Below are positions 26,487 through 39,833 of a stretch of 64,000 nucleotides of DNA, in pieces. Location: NCBI RefSeq assembly GCF_006345805.1, contig NC_043019.1, forward strand, positions 23,931,360 through 23,995,359, read 5' to 3'. Position numbers and translations under genes: made by a program. Source of the DNA: Octopus sinensis. Its lineage: Eukaryota. The notes beneath the pieces were generated by a model. It worked only from the letters and a program-made list of their open reading frames with translations, had not been told where the DNA came from and did not search any database. The stretch's first letter is position 1. Every line of letters starts with the position of its first letter.

Positions 26487-27149
26487 TGTATGTATGTGTG
26501 TAAATGATGGCTTTCAGTGTCTGCCTATTTCTCGCTGAAGGTTACTGGAAGCCATGACCGTTGTCGTTATAGTTTCATACAACACATTGAGAAGATCCCT
26601 ATTTAAAATATTGAGAAGATCCCCATTTAAAATGGTCCTCCGCAGAAATGGTTTTCAGTCGGAATGTCGTCCGGGTAATGTGAATTAAATATTGTTGCAT
26701 TTGAAAAATTACATTTCATAACGAGATCCCATGACCATCTCTCGTGACTCGAATATATTTGGTCGAGCTGGGACGTATGAAAGGTGAAGTCAACCTTAAC
26801 AGGATTTAAGATTACATGGTGGACTGATGAAGCTGAATAGATTTTGGTGTGCTCCCATTTCTCTCACTGAACTACATATATATATTTCAACTCCAGCTAA
26901 TCGTTTAACACGCCATGTAGGCCGCAACCCTGCTATTGCATTTTACCTCATATTTACATAAATCTCGATGGCATCTGTTAATTGTTATGGTGTCGATAAC
27001 AATTTATGTGAGTTAAAAAGAATTAACTATTTACATGATAAAACTCGAGATAATCAGTTATAGTGATGGGGTAGAACTGTGCAAAATTGAAATTTCATTC
27101 CAAATAAAAGCAAAGGTTTAAAGCTAAGCCCTAAGTTACAACAGAATCA

Positions 27150-27670
27150 ATTCAAGTGGATAATGATGAGCCCAGTTGAGGAATAGGGAAGGAGGAGGAG
27201 GGCACAACCAGTGGTTTAAGGAAGAGGACAGTATTCAAATGACTTTGACGTTTGAACGGAAGAGCTGCTATTCGTGGTTGCTCTTACTCCTCTTACACTG
27301 ATATTGAGGGAGGCTAAATCGTGCTACGAATTTAACAGTGGCGAGAAAATAAACTTGTTTATGGACACCTTAAGATTATTTGTCAAATATCCAAGAAAGA
27401 AGGGATTAAACTCCCAATCGAGATAGCAACCCAAGCAATGAATAGGGTAACAGCAACAAGTGGCCTGGTGTATTGCAGGCGGATGGACTCATCAGTTAAA
27501 AAATGAAGGAAAAGATGGGAAATGAATACCTCAAGAGAGTAAAAAGAGTGCTCAGCACAAAACTGAATAGAAGAAAATAGAAGAAAATAGAAGAAAAAAG
27601 CATCTCTTTAGTAAGCACATGGGCAGTCTCTCGAATACGACATTCTGAGACATGGATTGTAAGACCTGAA
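27150..27670 (+). mobile_element. Decayed RT fragment of R4/Dong-like LINE
   Basis: LLFVVALTPLTLILREAKSCYEFNSGEKINLFMD(T)L, then KWPGVLQADG and MKEKMGNEYLKRVKRVLSTKLN. Confidence 0.6.
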
Positions 27671-27844
27671 AGATAATGTCCATGTACAGGTGGCCACAGT
27701 CCAGAGAGAGAAAGTATTTGAGGAAGCCTCAGCTGTGAACTTGGAACCTAACGGATGACCAATTGTAACACCTAGCGTACTTATTCGGTTAGATCACCAG
27801 TGAACTAAACCCTCATATTCTTTATGTATGTGTGTGTGTGTACA

Positions 27845-28079
27845 CTCTTTTACACTTTTACTTGTTTCAGTCATTTGACTGCGGCCATGCTGGAGCACCG
27901 CCTTTAATCGAGCAAATTGACCCCTAGGACTGATTCTTTGTAAGCCGAGTACTTATTCTATCGATTTCTTTTGCTGAACCGCTAATTTACGGGGACGTAA
28001 ATGCACCAGCTTCGGTTGTCAAGCAATGGTGGGGGTGGGTGACAAACAAGCATACACACCACACACACACACAAATACA

Positions 28080-28124
<45 letters not shown>

Positions 28125-28272
28125 GATGGGCTTCTTTCAGTTTCCGTCTACCAAATCCCCTCACAAGACTTTGGTCGGTCCGAGGCTCTAGTAGAAGACT
28201 CTTGCCCAAGGTACCACGCAGTAGGACTGAACCCGAAACCATGATGCTGGTAAGGAAGCTACTTACCACACC
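27845..28272 (-). mobile_element. SINE family B, full length, with internal (TA)n/(CA)n
   Basis: Matches the other B copies over both halves. Confidence 0.9.
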
Positions 28273-28312
28273 ACACACACACACACACTATATATATATA
28301 TATATATATGTA

Positions 28313-29573
28313 CTCGGGGGTACCCCCCCCCCAAAAAAAAACCGAAATTTTGCAATATTATTTTATTCACAAGGGTGGCGAGCTGGCAGAAACGTTAGTA
28401 CGCCGAGCGAAATGCTTAGCGGTATTTCGTCCGTCTTTACGTTCAAATTCCACCGAGGTAGACTTTGCCTTTCATCCTTTCGGGGTAGATAAATTAAGTA
28501 TCAGTTGCGAACTGGGGGCGATCTAATCGACTGGCCCCCCCTCCCCCAAAATTTCGGACCTTGTGCCTAGAGTAGAAAAGAATCATTAGGACGCCGGGCG
28601 AAATCCTTGTGAGTATTTCGTCTGCCGTTACATTCTGTGTGATCAAATTCCACTGATGTAATCGACTTAATCCCCTTGTCTGTCCTTGTTTGTCCGCTCT
28701 ATGTTTAGCCCCTGTGGGCAATAAAGAAATACATATTTTATTCACTTAGTTTTACATGTTTACACTTTTATCGCCTTCAAGGAATTCTCCATTTGAAGCA
28801 ATGCATCGGTCCAGACACGTTTTTCACTGTTCGAAGCAGTCCTGGAACTGTTGCAATGTGATGCCTTTTAACGACTCCGTCATTTCTTCCCTCGCCTCTT
28901 CCACATTTGCAAATTCCGTAGCACAGGCTTTCGTCACTAGTGGTGACCTTCGATAAAAGGTCCGGATCAATTTCCAGCTGTTCTTTCAGCTTTTGATCTT
29001 CCTTGAGCAAGCAAGGCACAAATATTACTGCAACTATGTTCATTCGCAATTTCTCGCTTAGAATTCGTTGGCAGGAGCTCCAGGACACACCGGTCCTATC
29101 AAAAAGTTCGTCAATTGTTCTGTGACGGTCCTCCAAGATCAGTTCACGAATTTTCATGATTTCATTCGTTCGGGAGGTGGACGGACGCCCTGAACGAGGT
29201 TAGTCTTCAAGCGACAAGTGACCATTCCTAAAGCGGGAAAACCACTCGTAAACTTCTTGTCTTTTGCTCATCTTAGCGACCTTGTAAACTGTTTGAAGCA
29301 TGACAACTGTTTCAGCAGCCATTTTCCCCAGCAGAAAACAGAATTTCACGGAACCACGCCGTTCCTTTGTTTCAGGCATCGCAAAAATCGACGAACAGGG
29401 GAGAAACACTGCAAAACAAAGACGCAACACGTGACAGTAGGCCTACACTCGACGATGCCAGTCAGCACACTGATGCCTGAGGGTTGCATCAAGTGATTTC
29501 TAACGGCAGAAGCCTGAACTACTATGGGCTTGTCCCACAGAGAACGTTTCCGGTTACTTTTGGGTACCCCCTT
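28313..29573 (-). mobile_element. Internally deleted mariner-type transposon
   Basis: Peptides [12 protein letters not shown]...VYEWFSRFRNG, IRELILEDRHRTIDEL...FVPCLL...KVTTSDESLCYG, then a direct jump to the C-terminus FANVEEAREEMTESLKGI...DRCIASNGEFLEG; degenerate inverted ends GGGGGTACCC...ACCG(G/A)AA flanked by TA. Confidence 0.85.
28374..28730 (+). mobile_element. Two adjacent SINE-A-related copies nested in the mariner
   Basis: 28374-28583 has an alternative tail (ccccaaaatttcggaccttgtgcctagagtagaaaagaat); 28586-28730 is an internally deleted copy with the standard tail. Confidence 0.8.
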
Positions 29574-29678
29574 ATATATATACATATATATAAATACATA
29601 CATACATATATATATATTATATATATATATATATAATATATATATATATAATATATATATATATTTACATATATATAC

Positions 29679-29733
<55 letters not shown>

Positions 29734-29734
29734 G

Positions 29735-29793
<59 letters not shown>

Positions 29794-30881
29794 TTTTAGA
29801 TTGCTGTAGTATTTACAGCATTGCTTCTTACTCTCAATTGTGCTGTGATATTATTTTTACTAAGTTATATATTTCTATAGATACCATTGAATCGGTATAA
29901 GAACAAATTCCAAATTTGATATTTTCCAATTATGGCTTTGTTAAGAATAAAATAACAATCATTTCAATACAACACAAAGTTTTATTCTTTATCACCTTTT
30001 TCTTTTAAAATTAATTATCGACATGAATGTTCTTGAAAACAATAAATTGAATAAAGAATAATGTTTAAGCGAAGAATTATTGGTATAAAAGCTTTAAAAT
30101 ATGGATCTCAGTCGATGTAGACGATGAGCGTTCAGTTATTTGAGCTGTCTGCTCGTTGACTAAGCATCGTCGTAGAACATTTCACAGATAGGTGTAAACA
30201 GTGTGATGTAGTGTGACAAGGCTGCACCTATATATTACTGACATAATCCATCGGAAGAGCTTCTTTACAGTTTCCATTTATACATTTTCTCGTATAAGAC
30301 TCGGTTGATCCAAGGCAGTGGTAAAGAACCATACCCCAAAATGCCTGACTCGTGAGCGAACTCAGGGACTCATGATTGGGAAGTGGACTTCTTAACGACA
30401 GAACTAAACCTTTGGCAGGATTTTTCATAGTTACAATCGGTTTTGTCAACGTTCTGCGTAATTTTGTAATGATTATTTTCGATTGTTATGGAGAAAGGCT
30501 ACATGTAGGATACAAATTTAATAATCAAAACCTTAATTGTAGAAATAGAGAGATGTATAGTTTCAGCTGGAGCACTCGAATGCAGTGCCTTTGTGTACGA
30601 CGTCAGTAGATGAAGTCACTATTTGCAGTTGGCTACTTCAGAAGGTGAGACATAACAAAAAGAACAGAAAGCAGAGACGCAAACGAATATTTAGCGATGG
30701 CTAATCATACTAGGTTTTTCTTCGGACTCGATTCGATTCGCTTGAAACATCAGGAAAAAGAAACTTATGCGATATGTCAAACAGGAGAATGAATCTCAAG
30801 TTGAGGACAATCTGCCTCATAATTGTCTGATGGTGGTAATATCCACTGAAGTGTCTGATTATTACCATCATTTCTTTATGT

Positions 30882-31139
30882 TGTCATCTCTTGTGAAAGG
30901 TAGGAGAGTCCAGTTTGCTGGACATTGTTGTAGAGCTGAAAACGAGGCAATTTCTACTCTTCTCCTCTGGAAGCCATTTACTCGCGATACCAGAGGGTGC
31001 ACACTCTCCTACCCTGATGTAATCTCCAGGGATACAGGCATCCAGCAACAGGACCTCCGTAATGCTATGATGGACAGTGAAGTCTGGCGTAGCATGGTAA
31101 ATTCCATTGTCGCGACCACGGTCGAACAATGATGATGAT
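30882..31139 (+). mobile_element. 5'-truncated RTE-clade LINE 3' end
   Basis: SSLVKGRRVQFAGHCCRAENEAISTLLLWKP...YPDVISRDTG...AMMDSEVWRSMV...EQ* followed by a (TGA)n tail. Confidence 0.85.
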
Positions 31140-32049
31140 TAATGAACTTCCTTGATGAGGAGGACATCTGAGCAGCTTGGCACCCTGGCTCTTCTTCCTT
31201 TACTATGTAAAACAATTGCTTTACATTTTGATGACTGAAATTCCATCTTCCAGTTATTTATTCAAAAATGCACATTAGCAGTTTCTCTAATTAAGCTAAC
31301 TGCAGTATTCCCAAGTTGATATTTCAGGTACAAACAGGTTGAAACCATCAGGGTACGGATAAACTCATTTTCACAGACATAAACTGCAGCAACTATGAAC
31401 AGGAAGAATATTGAACCTTGTATTACTGATGCACCAAACTATGACACGTTGATAAATTAATCTTTTGGGATGGTCTTTTATGAATATTCGATTGGAATAG
31501 CTTTGCAACTACTTCAATTGTTCCCTGAGTAAATCTTTAGATCTCAGCTTGGCTTGTGGTACTTCGTGACAGTTTTTGTCCTAAATTCTAAACCTTCTCA
31601 TGTAATTGTTGCTCATTTGTCCAATGTTAGTGAGGCGCTTTCTTGAACTATACCTTGACTGGTTTTACCTGTTGTTTATGGCCTGTCGGTTCCATTACTT
31701 TGTTATTGAGACTAATCGCGTTGGTACTGGTCGATTTTTTTTTGTGGACAGATTCTAGATTCCTTTTTATGTATATTTATGACAGAGTCGGGTTACTGGT
31801 TTAAAAATATAATCAAACTTTCGTTCGTACATTGAAGTTATTTTTAATTAGCTCTGTCACTTGGATTTTGGCAGATGGTTTTGCTTGAGATTAAGACGTT
31901 CGTAGCTTTGTAATTAGACGCCGAGAACATGTCTTCTCAGTGAACTTTTCCTTAAAAATAGACATGCTTAACCAATACGTTTAGAAAGCTTTTCTCATGC
32001 ACAGTTTGTCCCTGTACAATAATTTCCATCAGCTTCACGTTATTATCTC

Positions 32050-32300
32050 AAGTCCTCAAGTGTGCTAGAGTTGTAGCAACAGAAAGTAGATCTGTCAGAA
32101 TAAACTCAAGAGTGCCCTCCTTTCTGCTGGTTTAGTCAGAACAGTGAATTCTTAGAGGCATCGGCCAGCAATGTTTGTTGTTCACCTGGCGAATCTTGAT
32201 GGCGGATATTGAATTCATCTAAAAGTGTGACTGACTGACTGCCAGGAGATATAAGGGGACCTTACCAACATTGGTTGCTCGAATAAAGCACCCAGGTACA
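32050..32300 (-). pseudogene. Possible decayed APE-type LINE endonuclease remnant
   Basis: Broken frames give LLDEFNIRHQD and LEFILTDL, resembling GDFN..H and LDLILT motifs; heavily decayed. Confidence 0.3.
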
Positions 32301-33054
32301 GTTTGTAAAGTGGTTGGCGAATCAAGCGGAGATAACGCAGTGTTTGAGAGGATTAGTAGATATTTAAGAAAAACATAAGGAAATGATGGTACACTACAGA
32401 GAAACAAATAGATATTTAATAATAGAAAATCGCTCGGTACTGAAAGTGGGGAGTTTTGTGCCTATAAGTAATTAATTGGACTATTTTCTGCTACAATTCA
32501 AATAATAAAAGTTGGGATACTTGCTTTAAAAACATTGAAAATGTATGAATTCCACTCAGATTTTTTGTATTCAAGCTCAAAATATATATGTTGTCTCGAT
32601 GTATGATTACAATATATCACTGATTTACTAGATCGAAGATCCATGTCGCACTCTCGACTCGCAAGGAGTTTATCTTTAGTTCTCGGTCATAATTTATACA
32701 AATAACAGTTTGTGAGTAGAAGGAGTGAACTATTTTTTCTAAGCACAAAAGATTATAGCTACATCTTCGAAACAACACAAATTTAGTGTGTAGTGTATCA
32801 ATATTGAATACTCAGGTTGAGACATACATTTTGGAGAATGGCGATGAGAAAACTGCAAAGTTAATAACAATATTTCATTTATTGAGTGGGAATTTGCGTT
32901 CATGTTCATGTAAAATTAGCAAGATGTTTTTCAGAGAGTAGAGATAGGCTACAGACATCGCATTTATACTTAGACCTGCTTTTGGCGTCTGCAAATTTAA
33001 GGTCATCATGTAACTTTAAGATGCTAAACTTAACCCTTATAAATATATTCACAA

Positions 33055-33118
<64 letters not shown>

Positions 33119-34335
33119 CAATTATGAAAACTCCATTTTACAAATACTATTCATCTATTTATGACATTTCACATAACATTTTCAGTAGTTACTTGTTTAA
33201 TTCATTTTTTTCCTCTCAAACTTTATGTCCGGTTATATTTATTTTTTTATATTTCTTCTAAGCACTTTCTGATGTATTCTTAAACAATAAAATGTCCTCT
33301 AATGCTGATAACGACGCTACACCATGTACGATCGACTGCATAATTTTAATAATTATTGGCTGGAAACAGACTGGCGCCAAATTCCTTCGTCTAGATCAGC
33401 CAATAACTTATGGCTATTGATTATTGGGAATAAATATAAAAAATAAAAAATGAAAAAAGCAACAGATAACTCAGAATTAATAACGGATAACTGGAAGGAA
33501 TCTATGTGTAAAAGTCGTTAGAGTAGCAGCTACTGTTGTTATTTACACGAGGCAGTTGGTGCAGTCGTTACTAATGTCTTTGTGAGTCACAATACACCAG
33601 TTGCCTTCAGAGATGCGCAATTAAATCATCTAATTGTATTCATACTTGAAAATTGACCTTAAAGTTTGAAAAGACTCTGTGTCCATTAGTTCCGGGACTA
33701 TTGTCTGCTGTGTCTTTTACTAACTCTTACATTTCCTGTCAGTCAGCCTGTCTGCCAGTCTCTCTTGAAGTATTTTTACTTTTATTTAAGATTCTTCATC
33801 ATTGTTTCTTTATTATTAATCTTGATAAAAATATTAAAAAAAATAAAAAAACTCATCAGGGAATTATAAATTAAGACTACAGTAGAGAATTATTCAGTTA
33901 GGTAATTATGGAAGTAAAAGTGATAAGAAATTAAGAAAAGAACTATCAACAGAAGTGACGTTTCTCCAGAGAATTACAAAGATAATATTGATTCCCGACG
34001 TGGTGTATGGCATTTACGTGCTGTTATTTAAGATTCAATTTTGTGTGACTCACCAACTATCTTGTATTTGTTGTTAACAAAACTTGTGGCTTCTACTTAA
34101 TCTAGGATGGGAGAAAAGTGTTGCCTAAAGCATTTAAGGGTTCAAACGAATGTGTCGACCGGTGAATATATTTGTAAAAATATTTAGGCATTTGCAAAAC
34201 ACTGGCATAGTAAAATGTTGGTGTAGGGGACAATTAGAGGAACCTAGAAAAGTGATCTTATTCGAATTAGCATAAATATTGAAATCTGAAAATCTGCACG
34301 ATGCAAAAATATATTCTCAGATATTTGTTCTCAGG

Positions 34336-34448
<113 letters not shown>

Positions 34449-34509
34449 CGTGTTCATGTATGTATGTATGCATGTATGTATACGCACACACACACATATA
34501 TACATATAC

Positions 34510-34583
<74 letters not shown>

Positions 34584-35541
34584 TATATATATATACTCAC
34601 AAACACACATATATATATGTTTATTGATAAATGTGTCCGTATATTTGTTTGTTGAATGCGTGTGTGAATGTGAGTTTACAAACGTGTGTTTGTGTGTCTC
34701 TGTACAACATATGTATGTGTTTTGGGAAAGGAGTGATCGTTTACCCATGGTTCCTAGCGAGAAGGGGTCACTGAGAGGGGTTAGTAACAAAAAAAAAATG
34801 GAACGAAGGGCTAGAAGCATATATAAAAAAGCCATGATAGCAACTGATGGCGTTCTCAAAGAAATCCGAAGACATTTCTATCAAGAACAAAACCGATAAC
34901 TTGATAGATCGATTGATTGATTTTAAGAGATTTTTTTCCCCAAATGTTTATTTATATGTTGCAAACCAAGTTGGACATGGTTGAGCGAAACCCATCATAA
35001 ATTTATATGTTTTGTGTTTGTATTTCTTTTTATATATTTAGCAATAATTATAATTTCATTTTGCTGTTATTTATGCACCAAATGTAGGCCGTTGTAGAAA
35101 GGCACTCATAGTACATCCGTAAATTTAATCAGGGATTCACAACCATAGCTTGGACAGGCTTGCTAAATTGAAAAGACATTAGAGAACATCGATACGAAGC
35201 GGTATAATTCAGTGTTCAAACATGGGTCAGTAACTTTGGGGAAACCACGCATGCGCATCGTGTCGTTTGCCTTTCGCTGCATATACATCTCTGTAGCCAT
35301 TACTATAAGGGTTGGGGTGTATTGTCCGCCAGTGTTACCGCACCACCATGAAAGATTTATTCAGCAGATAAGAAAGAAACATAACAAATATGTAAACACA
35401 ATCACATGAATTACAATTGTATATATAATGTATCAAAACTATGTGCACCCACATTTGTGAATTATGTTCTTCAATATACTTTTTAGATATACAAGTGATA
35501 TCTTGTCTAAAAGACTAAGACCTACCGTCATATATATATAT

Positions 35542-35576
<35 letters not shown>

Positions 35577-35599
35577 AATATATATATATATACATTTGA

Positions 35600-35796
35600 G
35601 TGTCTGTGTTTGTCCCCACCCGCATCACTTGACAACCGATGTTGGTGCGTTTACATCCCTGTAATTTAGCGGTTCGACAAAAGCCACCGACAGAATAAGT
35701 AGTAGGCTTACAAAGAAGTCCTTAAAAAGTCCTGGTTTCGATCTGTTCGACTAAAGGTGGTGCTCCAGCATGGCCGCAGTCAAGTGACTGAAACAA
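35600..35796 (+). mobile_element. SINE family B, 3' half only
   Basis: gtttgtcccc...ttgacaaccgatg...gcggttcgacaaaag...gctccagcatggccgcagtcaagtgactgaaac, preceded by (TA)n. Confidence 0.85.
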
Positions 35797-36005
35797 ATAC
35801 GTATATATATATATATATATATACGTATACATAAGTAAATGCGCGCGCGAAACGATTGGAAGCCGCCCGAGACTTCGAAGTCACTGTCAACATTTTCTTG
35901 CGACAGTTTAATAAGCGCATTCTGCTAGTTTAATGTAAGATTAATTTTATATATAACTTGACATAAAAATAATTTATATATATATAAAAAGACATTTATA
36001 TATCA

Positions 36006-36384
36006 GGAGTGGCTGTGTTGTAGGGATGAGTGCTTCCCAACCACATGGTTCCGGGTTCAGTTCCACTGTATGGCACCTTGGGCAAGTGTCTTCTACTATA
36101 GCCTCGGGCCGACCAAAGCCTTGTGAGTGAATTTGGTAGACGGAAACTGAAAGAAGCCTGTCCTATATATATGTGTGTGTGCGCGCGTGTGTGTGTATGT
36201 ATTTTTATGTGTGTTTGTCCCCCACCATCGCTTGACAACTGATGTTAATGTGTTTACGTGCCTGTAACTTAGTAGTTCGGCCAAAGAGACCGATAGCATA
36301 AGTACTAGTTTACAAAAAATAAGTCCTGGGTTCGATTCGCGGCGCTCCAGCATAGCCGCTGTCAAATGACTGACACAAGTAAAA
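36006..36384 (+). mobile_element. SINE family B, full length
   Basis: ggagtggctgtg... to ...gtcaaatgactgacacaagtaaaa. Confidence 0.9.
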
Positions 36385-36902
36385 CAATATATATGTTTCT
36401 ATGTGTTTTTATATATAAATGATTTTTGTGTCACTTATAATACAACCTGACATCTTATGGTTTTTCTACGCCGATGGGATCGGATTTTCTGGATAACAGC
36501 TGTACAGACACACTGCATTGCACTTCTCTGTATTGGATCACTATGTCAACTGTTAGCCGAGTCCGTAAGGAGAACTTTCTGCGGTAGCCACCCGATTCTC
36601 TAAATCCATAACCTATTCAGCAAATTTAAATATATACATATATATATGTACATATACATACACATACATACACTCACACTTGTATGTATGAGTGTGTGTG
36701 TGCGTGTGATGTGGTATCTTCGAGAACTGCTTCTATTTCGCTTCTCTTATTAGTTAACTAACAGACTAATTAAACGATTGATTTGTTAATCGCTCGATCA
36801 ATCACTATTTGGTTCATCAGAACCTTCTTGTCGCCATTCCCATAGCCTCAGCAATGATCTACTCTCTTTGTTGCTGCAGCTCTGTCACGTTGCATACACA
36901 CG

Positions 36903-36939
<37 letters not shown>

Positions 36940-37836
36940 ACACACACTCACACATACACACACACACATACACACACACTCACACATACACACACACATC
37001 ACACATACACACACATACACACACTCACACATACACACACACACACACACGCACACACACACATACACACACACACACACATACACACACACACTCACAC
37101 ATACACACACACATACACACACACTCACACATACACACACACTCACACATACACACACATACACACACTCACATATACACACACGCACACACACACACAT
37201 ACACACACACATACACACACACACTCACACATACATACACACGCACGCACACACACTCACACGTACACACACATACACACACATACATACATACACACAT
37301 ACATACATATACACATACCTACACACACGCGCACGCACAGATATGTTTACACGTATGTGCGTATATGTGTGTATGTGTGAGTATTTGTGAGTATTTGTGC
37401 GTAATTGTGTGTGTGTGTATGTGTTTGTCAAGTTTATCAAATTTCATTTTTTCATTTCGATAATAGTAGCAGCTTAGTATTTCATATTTTAAATCTTGCA
37501 ACTGTCGCGGTTAATTATTTACGTGGTCAGCTCTGTGAAGCAGTTCCTCTTGTTTATATACAAACTCAGTGTCAGAGGCAAGACTGACAACGACGGGAGA
37601 AAATGTGGAGTTTACAGATGGAAGAACGTGTTCTTCGTCGTAATAGAAAAATGCTTCTTTTTAACAGCGTTAGAAGCAGCAGAAAGCTGTCAAATCACGA
37701 TTCCTACGCTGAGCTTAAATACTTCTGATCACATTTATCTCAACAAGTAGCTATATTTGCGTTTTTCATTAAATGAAAAGGAAAAGAGAAATACTGGCGT
37801 GTAAATAAGTTGGAATAGAATTCCAACTTAAAGGGA

Positions 37837-38250
37837 TGCGTGGTCTTGATCAATAAGTATCCGGACTGTTGCTATAGTAACGAAGCTAAAGCACGCAGAG
37901 TAAAGCCGCTCGGCACAGATTGATCTTGAACTCTGCTGTGTATGCACATTTTAACGTTCTAGCTCGCTTCCTTCTAAGCACTGTTTACAACAATGCTTGG
38001 AAGGAAGGTGTGTAGCGTGTGATCATCGCATTCACCGTGACAGAAAATTGAACAAAGAATCTGCATCAAATTTTGCCAAAAGCTTGGCGATACCTGCTCA
38101 GAGGCGTACGCAAAGCTTTGAAATAGTTTTCATTGTTCTCAACACAATAAAGGAGATTTTGTACAACTGAAACCCGAGTGTCTGATTGGTCAGCTGAATG
38201 CAGTTTTAGCACAAACTTGGCAGGCACGCGCCTCATACCCAAATCGTCAG
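37837..38250. mobile_element. Rearranged mariner remnant: 5' end on +, internal fragment inverted
   Basis: TIR-like gcgtggtcttgatcaataagtatccggactg; + strand EQRICIKFCQKLGDTCSEAYAKL; then - strand DDLGMRRVPAKFVLKLHSADQ. Confidence 0.75.
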
Positions 38251-38309
38251 TATGTATATATATATTAAGAACAATCTTACTTAGAAATGGATACGTGCGT
38301 TCCGTCATA

Positions 38310-38688
38310 TAATAAATTAATAAATAAATAAAACATATGCATATATACATACATATATGTACGTACCTACCTCTACATGTATATATACATGCATATATGG
38401 GTACAGGACACCAAAAATCGTCGACCACAATGAGAAACGAAAACATAAACACAAAACCAAGGAAATGGACATTTTTCTTAAACAACGAAAAAAATAGAGT
38501 ACAGGACATACAAAACAAGGAAAATTCCCCTTCTTCAGTCGCCTTTGTTTCATCTACTCGTGGAGTAGATGAAACAAAGGCGACTGTCGACGTTTTCTTG
38601 GTGTCCTGTACCCATATATGCATGTATATATACATGTAGAGGTAGGTACGTACATATATGTATGTGTTTTATTTATTTATTAATTTAT
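38310..38688. repeat. Retroelement-terminus-like repeat with fold-back
   Basis: 38310-38559 recurs at 41656-41910; 24-bp perfect hairpin 38536-38586; 38587-38688 is the inverse of ~38310-38425. Confidence 0.85.
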
Positions 38689-38689
38689 G

Positions 38690-38737
<48 letters not shown>

Positions 38738-39199
38738 GTTGCATATCTATTACCATTATTAATTGTTGTCTTCGTGTGGCCCTAAGCCTTTATTCTGTTT
38801 ATTGTTTTATCCCCCGTCTGTCCACTAATGGTCTCGTCTCGAGCCCGTTTCCTTTTTGTTATGTTTACGTCCCATTCCCGGCAAGTTTCTTGTCGGTGCC
38901 TCCAGAGTGGAAGCAGTAGTTTCGATAATGGTTGAAATTGCGTTTGACTCCTCTGTCCGATAACTAATGAAAAATTGGTGACCTATGTTTTCTGTCCGTC
39001 TGTGTATTTAGTACATGTTCGTTTGTTTATTTGCTACACATTTTTAAGTCATATATGTAGGTACGTCATATTTTCCGTTTGTTGTCTTTTTATTTAATCC
39101 CGAAAAAAAAATGTAGTCAATTACAAAAACAGAGAAAAGGAAAAGAAAAAAACAACAAAGACATGTGGACTTAGCACAAGCAATGTATTAATAAGACGC

Positions 39200-39797
39200 T
39201 CAGAGATGGAAAAGTGTAGTAGTTTTACATTTCGAGCATAGCTCTTCTTCGGAAACAGGAAAACAAGAAAGTCCAAGACGAAGGAAAAAAAAATCGACAA
39301 CGGTCACGAACAGTTACATTTCTGAAGTGACCGGAAGTAGCAGGAATGAAGAGAAAGTGTTTTCTGGGACAGGAGAGTGTGAAAATGGTGAGCATGTGTG
39401 TGTGCGTGTGTGTGCATGGTAGCGTGTGGTGCTGTGTATGCGTGTGGTGTGTGTGTGTGTGTGGCAACGTGTGTGTGTGGTATTAACTCTGTGTGTGTGT
39501 GATAGGATGTGTGCGTGTGTGCTAATGTTGCTCTGAGATGTCAGCAACTAGAGTAACAGTTGTATGAAAAGGTGGGTGTGGTAGTGTGTATGTGTATGTT
39601 TGAATGTGTGCGCAGATGGAAGGGTCAATAGTAAGTCAGAGGCAGTCTGAAGATGGTGTAAGAATGGTTGAGTGTGGCTATGTGAATTGATGGGTGTGTG
39701 TATGTGTTGACATGTGTGCGTTGACGGAATGGGAATGTGTATATGTGTGTGTGTGTACATGTGTATGGGTGTGTGCGTGTGTCTCTCTCTGTTACTG

Positions 39798-39833
<36 letters not shown>

